Shown in pieces: positions 30,413 through 37,569 of a stretch of DNA of 64,000 nucleotides (its first letter is position 1; every line of letters begins with the position of its first letter). The DNA is from Rhizomicrobium sp. (GTDB lineage: Bacteria > Pseudomonadota > Alphaproteobacteria > Micropepsales > Micropepsaceae), in the NCBI GenBank assembly GCA_036269195.1, contig DATASO010000016.1:23112-87111 (forward strand), in the 5' to 3' direction. The position numbers and the translations under genes are program-made. The notes under the pieces are model-generated. The model saw nothing but the letters and a program-made list of their open reading frames with translations, was not told the origin of the DNA and made no database searches.

Positions 30413-31036
30413 ATGACCGCGGATGCCTCTTTCGCGCGCAAGCTGTTCAGCGGCTCGTGTGAGTTCGTGGCGGGCGCAATGTCGCTCGACGCGCTTCCGG
30501 AAACCGGGTTGCCGGAAGTGGCGTTTGTCGGGCGTTCGAACGCCGGCAAATCAAGCCTGATCAACGCCCTGACAGGGCGCACCAGTCTCGCGCGTGTCTC
30601 GCACACGCCTGGACGCACGCGGCAGATCAATCTTTTTCGCCTGCGCGATGTTCTGGTTCTGGCCGATCTCCCCGGTTACGGTTTTGCGCGCGTGTCGAAG
30701 GTGGAGACGGCGCATTGGAATGCGCTGATCACCGGCTATCTGCACACCAGGCACACCTTGCGGCGCGTTGTTCTTCTGCTGGATGCGCGGCGCGGAATCA
30801 TGGCGAGTGACAAAGAGGCAATGGGCCTGCTGGATGGCGCCGCCGTTAGCTATCAACTCGTGCTGACCAAGGCGGATGCCTTGAAGCCGGCGGCACTGGA
30901 GCAAGTTATGGCAAACGTTCATGGCAACGTGGCCCTGCATCCCGCCGCTTTGGCCGGCGTCATCGCCACCTCTGCTCGCTCGTCGCTCGGCATTGCCGAA
31001 CTGCGGCAATCACTCGCCGAATTGGCAAACCAGTAA
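30413..31036 (+). CDS. engB: ribosome biogenesis GTP-binding protein YihA/EngB
   Basis: G1 'GRSNAGKSSLIN', G3 'DLPGYG', G4 'TKAD'. Confidence 0.92.
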   Translation: MTADASFARKLFSGSCEFVAGAMSLDALPETGLPEVAFVGRSNAGKSSLINALTGRTSLARVSHTPGRTRQINLFRLRDVLVLADLPGYGFARVSKVETAHWNALITGYLHTRHTLRRVVLLLDARRGIMASDKEAMGLLDGAAVSYQLVLTKADALKPAALEQVMANVHGNVALHPAALAGVIATSARSSLGIAELRQSLAELANQ

Positions 31037-31043
31037 CAGCCTT

Positions 31044-31970
31044 TCACCGCGCGCGTTTGCGCTTCGCGGGCGCGCTCGATTTGGCATGCGATCTGGCGGG
31101 TGCGGCGCCCTTGCGCTGCAAACTCTTCTGCAGCGCGTCCATCAGGCTCACAACGTTGCTCGCCGGCGGCGCAGGCTCGGCCGTGACTGGTTGTTCGCCA
31201 TGTTCCTTGCGGCGGATCAGTTCGCGCAGCGCTTCCTCGTAACGATCTTTGAACGTCTGCGGCTCGAACGGTCCCTCCTGCTGCTCGATGATCTTCTGCG
31301 CGATATCGATCATACGCGCATCCACCTTCGTGCTCGGAATGTCGTCGAACATGGCGGCCGGGTTCACCACTTCGTTCGCCATGCGGAGCGTATATGCGAG
31401 AAGGCCCTTGCCGCGCGGCTCGATCGCCATGAGCCGTTCGCGCGTGTGCATCACCACCCGGCCCAGCGCGATGCGGTCCTCCTGCGCCATGGCTTCGCGA
31501 ATGACGCCATAGGCATCCAGCCCGTCATTGCCCTGCGGCACCAGGAAATAGGGATCGTTCCAGTACAGGCGGTCAATGCTGCTTGCATCCACGAACCGCT
31601 CGATCTCCAGCGTGTGCGTAGTTTCCAGCTTCACCTCGTCCAGTTCTTCATTGCTCACAATCACGTAATGATTCTTGGAAATCTCATATCCCTTCACCAG
31701 CTGCGAACGCTCGATCGGCCCCGTCTCGGGATCGGTGGGAATCATGCGGATGCGGTTGTTGGTTTCGGGGTTCAGCAGATGGAATGAAATGTCGCTCGTA
31801 CGCGTCGTGGCATTGAAGAGCGCCACGGGACAGCTGACGAGTGAGAGCCGCAAATTCCCCTGCCACACAGGCCGGGTCGGGCGCTTGCGGGTGGCGCCCG
31901 GTTCGTTCTCGTTGGAGGCCTTGTGCGTCGCCTTCTTCGCACGCGTTGATTTCTTTTTCGTCGTGGCCAT
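31044..31970 (-). CDS. ku: non-homologous end joining protein Ku
   Basis: Core 'WQGNLRLSLVSCPVALF...FHLLN' and a Lys/Arg-rich C-terminal tail. Start set at ATG 31970, which gives a basic 35-aa N-terminal extension. Alternative GTG at 31868. Confidence 0.88.
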   Translation of the reverse strand: MATTKKKSTRAKKATHKASNENEPGATRKRPTRPVWQGNLRLSLVSCPVALFNATTRTSDISFHLLNPETNNRIRMIPTDPETGPIERSQLVKGYEISKNHYVIVSNEELDEVKLETTHTLEIERFVDASSIDRLYWNDPYFLVPQGNDGLDAYGVIREAMAQEDRIALGRVVMHTRERLMAIEPRGKGLLAYTLRMANEVVNPAAMFDDIPSTKVDARMIDIAQKIIEQQEGPFEPQTFKDRYEEALRELIRRKEHGEQPVTAEPAPPASNVVSLMDALQKSLQRKGAAPARSHAKSSAPAKRKRAR

Positions 31971-31996
31971 GGCGGCATCCCTGGAATTATCCCGAC

Positions 31997-32022
31997 GGAA
32001 CAGGAACTTGGCGCCGGACGTT
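31997..32022 (+). promoter_or_regulatory. EcfG (general stress ECF sigma)-type promoter motif
   Basis: GGAAC (31997-32001), a 17-nt spacer, then CGTT (32019-32022), with 23 nt before the ATG of the small ORF at 32046. Confidence 0.5.
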
Positions 32023-32045
32023 TCGGGCAAAGGGTCCAATATGGA

Positions 32046-32282
32046 ATGAAGAATAGCAAGCTTGTGGAAGAAGCCAAATTGAGCCCCGGCCGGATTTATC
32101 ACCGGCCCCATGATGTGCTGCGTGATCGCCGCCTGGACGACGCCGGCCGGCTTGAAGTCCTCACTGCCTGGGAACGGGCGTTGCGCACGGCCGCGAGCCG
32201 CAATGGAGCGGCGGACGCACTGATCGAACTCGAGAATGCGCGCCGTGAGGTGGAAGATCGCTCCGGCGCGTCGCACGGCTAA
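32046..32282 (+). CDS. small hypothetical protein (78 aa), candidate general-stress protein
   Basis: Coding-like ORF divergent from ku and preceded by an exact EcfG-type motif. No family name recognised. Confidence 0.5.
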   Translation: MKNSKLVEEAKLSPGRIYHRPHDVLRDRRLDDAGRLEVLTAWERALRTAASRNGAADALIELENARREVEDRSGASHG

Positions 32283-32293
32283 TAATGCTGCTA

Positions 32294-34522
32294 TCAGGCG
32301 AGAAGCAAAATCGCGAACTCAGGGCTGTCGCTCTGCCAGGATTCTTCGACGGACCAGCCGGCCTGCGCAGCCAGTGTTGAGAAGCCGCCAACCGTATATT
32401 TGTGGCAGTTCTCCGTGTGAATGGTCTCACCAGCACGAAAGGCGAAATAGCGCGCGCCGATGCTCGCACTCTGGTCGACATTCGACATTAAATGCATCTC
32501 GATGCGATGACCGTTCGCATTCCAGATAGCGCGGTGCGCGAATCCCTCAAGATCGAAACTTCCGCCGAGTTCTGCATTAATGTGCGCCAGCACATTTTTA
32601 TTGAACGCACCTGTCACACCCGCGGAGTCGTCATAAGCCGCAATCAGCGTGTCCGGATCCTTCACCAGATCGATGCCGATCAGCAGCTTGCCGCTGCGTC
32701 CCAGCGTGTCGCGCGCGCGGGCGAGGAAAGCCACGGCTTCTTCATCCGTCAGATTGCCAATAGTCGAGCCGGGGAAGAAGCCGAGCAGCGCTTTGCCGCG
32801 CAGTTCTTCCGGCAGAGCGATCGGCTGCATGAAATCGCCCGTTACCGCGCGGATACGAAGCAGCGGGTATTCGCTTGCCAGCATCGCGCTGGTTTGCGCC
32901 AGCGAGTCGCCGCAAATGTCGATCGGCACGTATTCGGCAATCTGCGGCACGCGATTGAGCAGGATACGCGTCTTGAGACAAGAGCCGCAACCATATTCCA
33001 CCAGTGCGGTGTCGGGCGCGAGATGTCCTGCCAGTTCCGGCGCAAGGTCTTTCAGCAACGCGCATTCGGTGCGGGTAAGATAGTATTCCGGCAGGCGGCA
33101 GATTTCGTCGAACAGGGCTGCGCCCTTGGAGTCGTAGAAATACTTGCTGTTCAGCTGCTTCTGCGGCTTCGAAAGCCCGTGCCACACATCCTTCAGGAAT
33201 GGCGATGGTTCCTCCATTTCCACCTTCGTGCGTGCACGCGACCGCACATCTTCTGCCAGCCGCAAACCACTGAACTGCCAGCGCTGCTGCGGATAGAAGA
33301 AATTACGATAGCTGGCGCGCACATGGCCGCGTGGCGTCACGCAGGAGCCGCCGCGCAGCACCATCTGGTTGACCATGAATTTGCCGTTGTATTCGCCGAC
33401 CGCGCCTTCTGGTGTGCGATAGCCGGGATACGGCGCATAGGCACTCGCGGTCCATTCCCAGGCATCGCCAAACATCTGCCGCGAATTGCTCGCGACCGGC
33501 CGCAGGTATCCGGATTCGCGGAAATTGCCTTCGCGCGGATCGAGTGCCTCCGCGGCGTGCTCCCATTCCGCTTCTGTCGGCAACCGCTTGCCGCGCCAGC
33601 GCGCAAATGCGTCCGCTTCATAGAAGCTGACATGCGCCACCGGCGCGTCTGTATCGATTGGCCGCAAGCCGGACAACGTCATCGATAACCATTCACCATT
33701 GCGCTCTTCCCAATAGAGCGGCGAATTCCAGCCGTTTGCCGTAACATGTTGCCAGCCGTCGGACAGCCAGTGTTTGGGATCGCGGTATCCGCCCGCTTCC
33801 ATGAACTCCAGCCATTCCCCATTGGTCACGAGGCGATTGGCTAGCGCGAACGGCTGCAACAGCACTTCGTGCCGCGGCGTTTCATTGTCGAAGGCAAACC
33901 CTTCGCCACGATTACCATTTTCAATCACGCCGCCCTCAAACCAGTCGAACGAAAACTTCAGGGAACTGGCCGTGCCGCTTGTCAGTAATTGGTGATATGC
34001 CGGCTTCAGCGGATTCTGTGCGAAAGCATGCAGGATATCGGTGAGTATCAGCTCCTGATGCTGCTCCTCGTGATTAAGGCCGAGCTCTACCAAGGCAGCA
34101 GTTTCCGCAGTCATGCCGCCGGCAAGCAGATCGAACATCCCTTCGTCCACGTGCCGCCGATATGCGCCAATCTCCTCAGCGGATGGACGGGACAACAATC
34201 CGCGCTGCGGCCGCGCGTGCCGCGCGCCAACCGCTTCGTAATAGGAATTGAACAGATACGAGTACGCCGGGTGAAACGGTTTGTAGCCGCTCACCATCGC
34301 CAGCACGAAGGTCTCGAAAAACCACGTGGTGTGCGCGCGATGCCATTTGACCGGGCTTGCATCCGGCATGGATTGCAGGTTCTGGTCTTCCGCCGAAAGT
34401 GGCGCCGCCAACGCCTCCGTGGCATCGCGAAGATCGCGATAGCGCTCAAAGAGAGAGGGTTCGACGCCCGTGGGACGCAGGTGTTCAGCCGCGGCAAACC
34501 CAATCCTTCGCTGAACATTCAT
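32294..34522 (-). CDS. bifunctional ergothioneine biosynthesis protein: EgtB-like sulfoxide synthase (N-terminal) fused to EgtD histidine N-alpha-methyltransferase (C-terminal)
   Basis: N-terminal half is DinB_2 ('KWHRAHTTWFFE', 'NHEEQHQE') plus an FGE-sulfatase domain ('VLRGGSCVT'). C-terminal half is EgtD ('KYFYDSKGAALFDEICRLPEYYLTRTE', 'FPGSTIGN', 'GVTGAFNKNVLAHIN', 'ENCHKY'). Confidence 0.85.
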   Translation of the reverse strand: MNVQRRIGFAAAEHLRPTGVEPSLFERYRDLRDATEALAAPLSAEDQNLQSMPDASPVKWHRAHTTWFFETFVLAMVSGYKPFHPAYSYLFNSYYEAVGARHARPQRGLLSRPSAEEIGAYRRHVDEGMFDLLAGGMTAETAALVELGLNHEEQHQELILTDILHAFAQNPLKPAYHQLLTSGTASSLKFSFDWFEGGVIENGNRGEGFAFDNETPRHEVLLQPFALANRLVTNGEWLEFMEAGGYRDPKHWLSDGWQHVTANGWNSPLYWEERNGEWLSMTLSGLRPIDTDAPVAHVSFYEADAFARWRGKRLPTEAEWEHAAEALDPREGNFRESGYLRPVASNSRQMFGDAWEWTASAYAPYPGYRTPEGAVGEYNGKFMVNQMVLRGGSCVTPRGHVRASYRNFFYPQQRWQFSGLRLAEDVRSRARTKVEMEEPSPFLKDVWHGLSKPQKQLNSKYFYDSKGAALFDEICRLPEYYLTRTECALLKDLAPELAGHLAPDTALVEYGCGSCLKTRILLNRVPQIAEYVPIDICGDSLAQTSAMLASEYPLLRIRAVTGDFMQPIALPEELRGKALLGFFPGSTIGNLTDEEAVAFLARARDTLGRSGKLLIGIDLVKDPDTLIAAYDDSAGVTGAFNKNVLAHINAELGGSFDLEGFAHRAIWNANGHRIEMHLMSNVDQSASIGARYFAFRAGETIHTENCHKYTVGGFSTLAAQAGWSVEESWQSDSPEFAILLLA

Positions 34523-34557
34523 CAGTCACACCCCGACCGGCGCCGCCGCGCCCTTCG

Positions 34558-34582
34558 CATAAGACAGAACCTACATTTGATA
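34558..34582 (-). promoter_or_regulatory. EcfG-like promoter motif (variant -10) upstream of the egtB-egtD fusion
   Basis: The minus strand reads GGAAC (34582..34578), a 16-nt spacer, then GGTT (34561..34558), with 35 nt before the ATG at 34522. The first -10 base deviates from CGTT. Confidence 0.35.
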
Positions 34583-34695
34583 GAAAGGTTCCCTTTTCAA
34601 TGGGCCGTGAACGCGTCCTGCGCATGGCTCATCCCCCGCGAGCGGTATGGACAGGTTGTTTGCTGAAACTGAACGCGAATTCGGTTTGACGGGCC

Positions 34696-34720
34696 GGAAC
34701 CGCGCCACCGCCCTTCCGTT
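34696..34720 (+). promoter_or_regulatory. EcfG (general stress ECF sigma)-type promoter motif
   Basis: GGAAC (34696-34700), a 16-nt spacer, then CGTT (34717-34720), with 34 nt before the ATG of the PRC-barrel gene. Confidence 0.55.
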
Positions 34721-34754
34721 TGCAAGCCATTGCTCCCTACAGGAAGGACTGAAC

Positions 34755-35144
34755 ATGGCAACGGCACAAACGGCGTCCGGCGATCTCTCGAAGAGAGAAA
34801 CCTTCGGCCTCATCGGCAGCGACAAGGTGGAAGGGACGGAGGTCTATCGCTCCAATGGCGACCGCATCGGCACCATCGATCGGGTGATGATCGATAAACT
34901 CAACGGCAATGTCGCGTATGCCGTGATGAGTTTCGGCGGCTTTCTCGGCATCGGCGACGATTACTACCCGGTTCCCTGGTCGCTGCTCACCTACAACGAG
35001 CGGCTCGGCGGCTACGAAGTGAACATTTCGGACGCGCAGCTGAAAGGCGCGCCGAAATTCCGCAAAGATGAATCCTGGGAATACGCCGACCGCGGCCGCG
35101 AAGGCGCGCTTTATTCCTACTACGGCGCTACGCCGTACTGGTGA
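34755..35144 (+). CDS. PRC-barrel domain protein
   Basis: 'LIGSDKVEGTEVYRSNGDRIGTIDRVMIDKLNGNVAYAVMSFGGFLGIGDDYYPVPW' is a typical PRC barrel. The RBS AGGAAGGA precedes ATG 34755. Confidence 0.85.
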   Translation: MATAQTASGDLSKRETFGLIGSDKVEGTEVYRSNGDRIGTIDRVMIDKLNGNVAYAVMSFGGFLGIGDDYYPVPWSLLTYNERLGGYEVNISDAQLKGAPKFRKDESWEYADRGREGALYSYYGATPYW

Positions 35145-35186
35145 GCTCGCGCACGCGCAAGGAAACAGGGGTTTGAACGAGTGTGG

Positions 35187-35216
35187 GGGCGCGAGGTTCG
35201 CGCCCTCAACCTTTTG
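35187..35216 (+). terminator. possible intrinsic terminator after the PRC-barrel gene
   Basis: 8-bp GC-rich stem GGGCGCGA/TCGCGCCC with a 3-nt loop, followed by TCAACCTTTT (a weak U tract). Confidence 0.35.
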
Positions 35217-35232
35217 GGTAACGGAGAACACA

Positions 35233-35796
35233 ATGACAAAAATCCAGGACGCCAGAATTCTCATCATCGCCACGCATGGCTTCGAGCAGTCGGAACTGGA
35301 AGTGCCCCGCGACAGGCTGAAGACGGCTGGCGCGCATGTGGATATCGCTTCGCCGGATGGAAACACCATCCGCGGCTGGGACAAGAAGGATTGGGGCCGC
35401 GAAGTCGATGTGGACAAGAAGATCGCCGACTGCCAATGCGCCGACTACGACGCCCTGGTGATCCCCGGCGGCGTGCTCAATCCCGACAAGCTGCGCATCG
35501 ATGAGGACGCCATGCGCACGGTGCGGGAATTTCTGGCGAGCGGCAAGATCGTGGCCGCAGTGTGCCATGGGCCGTGGCTGCTGGTGCAGGCGGATGCCTG
35601 CCGCGGGCGCAAGATGACTTCGTACAAATCCATCCGGAAGGACGTGGAGAACGCCGGCGCCAACTGGGTGGACCAAGAAGTGGTGACGGATCGCGGTATC
35701 GTCACCAGCCGCAACGGCGATCTCGAGCCCTTCTCGAAGAAGATCATCGAAGAGGTGCAGGAAGGCCGTCACCAGCGGCGCGAAGCGGCGGAATAA
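35233..35796 (+). CDS. DJ-1/PfpI family protein (type 1 glutamine amidotransferase-like intracellular protease)
   Basis: 'DALVIPGG' and nucleophile elbow 'AAVCHGPW'. 'IVTSRNGDLEPF' is typical of PfpI. Start set at ATG 35233. Confidence 0.88.
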   Translation: MTKIQDARILIIATHGFEQSELEVPRDRLKTAGAHVDIASPDGNTIRGWDKKDWGREVDVDKKIADCQCADYDALVIPGGVLNPDKLRIDEDAMRTVREFLASGKIVAAVCHGPWLLVQADACRGRKMTSYKSIRKDVENAGANWVDQEVVTDRGIVTSRNGDLEPFSKKIIEEVQEGRHQRREAAE

Positions 35797-35818
35797 GCTC
35801 GACCAGCAGGTTATCCAC

Positions 35819-35856
35819 GGCTCCGGGCGCTAGGCGTCCGGGGCCGTTTTGTTTAC
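35819..35856 (+). terminator. probable intrinsic terminator after the PfpI gene
   Basis: Stem GGCTCCGG / CCGGGGCC (8 bp including one G-U pair) followed by GTTTTGTTT. Confidence 0.5.
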
Positions 35857-35886
35857 GCATGATGGCGTAGCCTTGTGCGCCGCCGG

Positions 35887-37569
35887 ATGAAGATCGCCAC
35901 CTTCAACATCAACAATGTCAACAAGCGACTTGCCAATCTGATCGGCTGGCTGCGAACAGCGCAACCGGACGTGGTGTGCCTGCAGGAGCTCAAGGTGGCA
36001 GACGACGAATTCCCGCGCCGCGAACTTGAACGTGCCGGATACGGCGGCATCTGGCGCGGGCAGAAATCGTGGAACGGCGTCGCCATTCTGGCGCGCGGCT
36101 GCGATCCCGTGATGACGCGCTCTGAATTACCCGGCGATTCTTCCGACAAACAGCCCCGCTACATCGAGGCGGCGGTAAATGGAGTGCTGATCGCCTCGCT
36201 GTATGCACCGAACGGCAATCCTCAGCCCGGCCCGAAATTCACCTATAAACTCGCGTGGATGAAGCGGCTGACAGCACATGCGGGCGAACTTTACGCAGCG
36301 AAAGTGCCGGTGGTGCTGGCCGGGGATTACAATGTTGTGCCAACGGACTCCGACATTTACTCGCTGCGCTCGTACGCCGGCAACGCACTGGTGCAGCCGC
36401 AACCGCGCGCGCTGTTTCAACTATTGCTTGATCAGGGCTGGACAGATGCTATTCGCGCGCGCCAGCCGGACGCGCCGATGTACACCTTCTGGGATTATCG
36501 CCGGAACCGCTGGCCGCGTGACGCGGGCCTGCGGCTCGATCATCTCTTGCTGAGCAGCGAGGCAGCAACACGTCTCACCGATTCCAAGGTGGATCGTGAT
36601 GTTCGCGGCATTGAAAACGCCAGCGATCATGCGCCGGTCTGGATCATGCTGCGCGATGCACCAAAGCGAAAACGCTCCGCCATGCCGAAACCGCAATCGA
36701 AATCATCGCCGCAAGCAAAACCGGCGGCTGCTTCGAAACGGCCGCTGCTGGTGATCGATGGCGATTCGTTCGCGCACCGATCCTATCACGCGCTCCCTAA
36801 GAATATTCTGAAAAGCGATGGCAGTCCCGCGGGTGCCATCCTCGGCTTCGCCAATGTCCTCTTGCGGCTCTATCGCGCCGAGAAACCCCGCGCCGTGATC
36901 GTGGGATGGGACACGCTCGAAAAGCCCACGTACAGGCACAAGGCTTTCCCTCCATACCAGAGCGGAAGGGAGTTCGACGACGCGTTGCTGGCGCAATTCA
37001 AAGACCTTCGCACCTTCGTCAATACCTGCGGGTTCGCGAACGCGCGTGGTGCCGGCTACGAGGCAGACGATTTCCTTGCAGCGGCCGCGCACGCCGAAGA
37101 GCGGCGGCGTGGTACCGTGCTGATCGCCAGCGGCGATCGCGACACCTTCCAGCTCGCGTCGGAAAACACCACCATTCTTTATCCCGTTCGCGGTGGCGGC
37201 GTGTTGCGGATCGGTCCGGCAGAGGTGCGCGAACGTTATGGTGTCGAACCGGCGCAGGTGCCGGATTTCATCGCGCTGCGCGGCGATCCCTCCGACAAGC
37301 TGCCCGGCGCACCCGGTGTGGGCGCCACGGGTGCCGCCGATCTGTTGCGCCGTTATGGTTCGCTGGAGGCGCTGCTGAAGGCCGGCCGTTTTCCCACTCA
37401 GGCCGATCAGCTGCAATTGTTCCGGCGCATCGCCACCATGAACCGCAAGGCGCCATTGCCGTCGCTGCCGAATCAGAAACCGACATGGAGCAAGGCCGCC
37501 GCGCTTGCCCGGAAATGGGGCCTCAACGATCTCGCGCGCAGGTTGGACGAAGCAGCGCAGGAAAAATGA
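35887..37569 (+). CDS. fusion protein: exodeoxyribonuclease III (Xth/EEP fold) N-terminal domain + 5'-3' exonuclease (FEN/PIN + H3TH) C-terminal domain
   Basis: N-terminal part: 'MKIATFNINNVNKR...VVCLQELK...DHAPVW'. A Lys/Pro/Ser linker spans ~36658-36742. C-terminal part: 'LLVIDGDSFAHRSYHA...GYEADD...SGDRDTFQL...DKLPGAPGVGATGAADLL'. An in-frame GTG at 35875 is also possible. Confidence 0.85.
   Translation: MKIATFNINNVNKRLANLIGWLRTAQPDVVCLQELKVADDEFPRRELERAGYGGIWRGQKSWNGVAILARGCDPVMTRSELPGDSSDKQPRYIEAAVNGVLIASLYAPNGNPQPGPKFTYKLAWMKRLTAHAGELYAAKVPVVLAGDYNVVPTDSDIYSLRSYAGNALVQPQPRALFQLLLDQGWTDAIRARQPDAPMYTFWDYRRNRWPRDAGLRLDHLLLSSEAATRLTDSKVDRDVRGIENASDHAPVWIMLRDAPKRKRSAMPKPQSKSSPQAKPAAASKRPLLVIDGDSFAHRSYHALPKNILKSDGSPAGAILGFANVLLRLYRAEKPRAVIVGWDTLEKPTYRHKAFPPYQSGREFDDALLAQFKDLRTFVNTCGFANARGAGYEADDFLAAAAHAEERRRGTVLIASGDRDTFQLASENTTILYPVRGGGVLRIGPAEVRERYGVEPAQVPDFIALRGDPSDKLPGAPGVGATGAADLLRRYGSLEALLKAGRFPTQADQLQLFRRIATMNRKAPLPSLPNQKPTWSKAAALARKWGLNDLARRLDEAAQEK

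Noticed and set aside
35172-35200. EcfG-like sequence TGAAC-N17-GTTC upstream of the PfpI gene.
   Set aside because: Both the -35 (TGAAC versus GGAAC) and the -10 are degenerate, and the sequence coincides with the stem of the putative PRC-gene terminator. The evidence is not strong enough to call.
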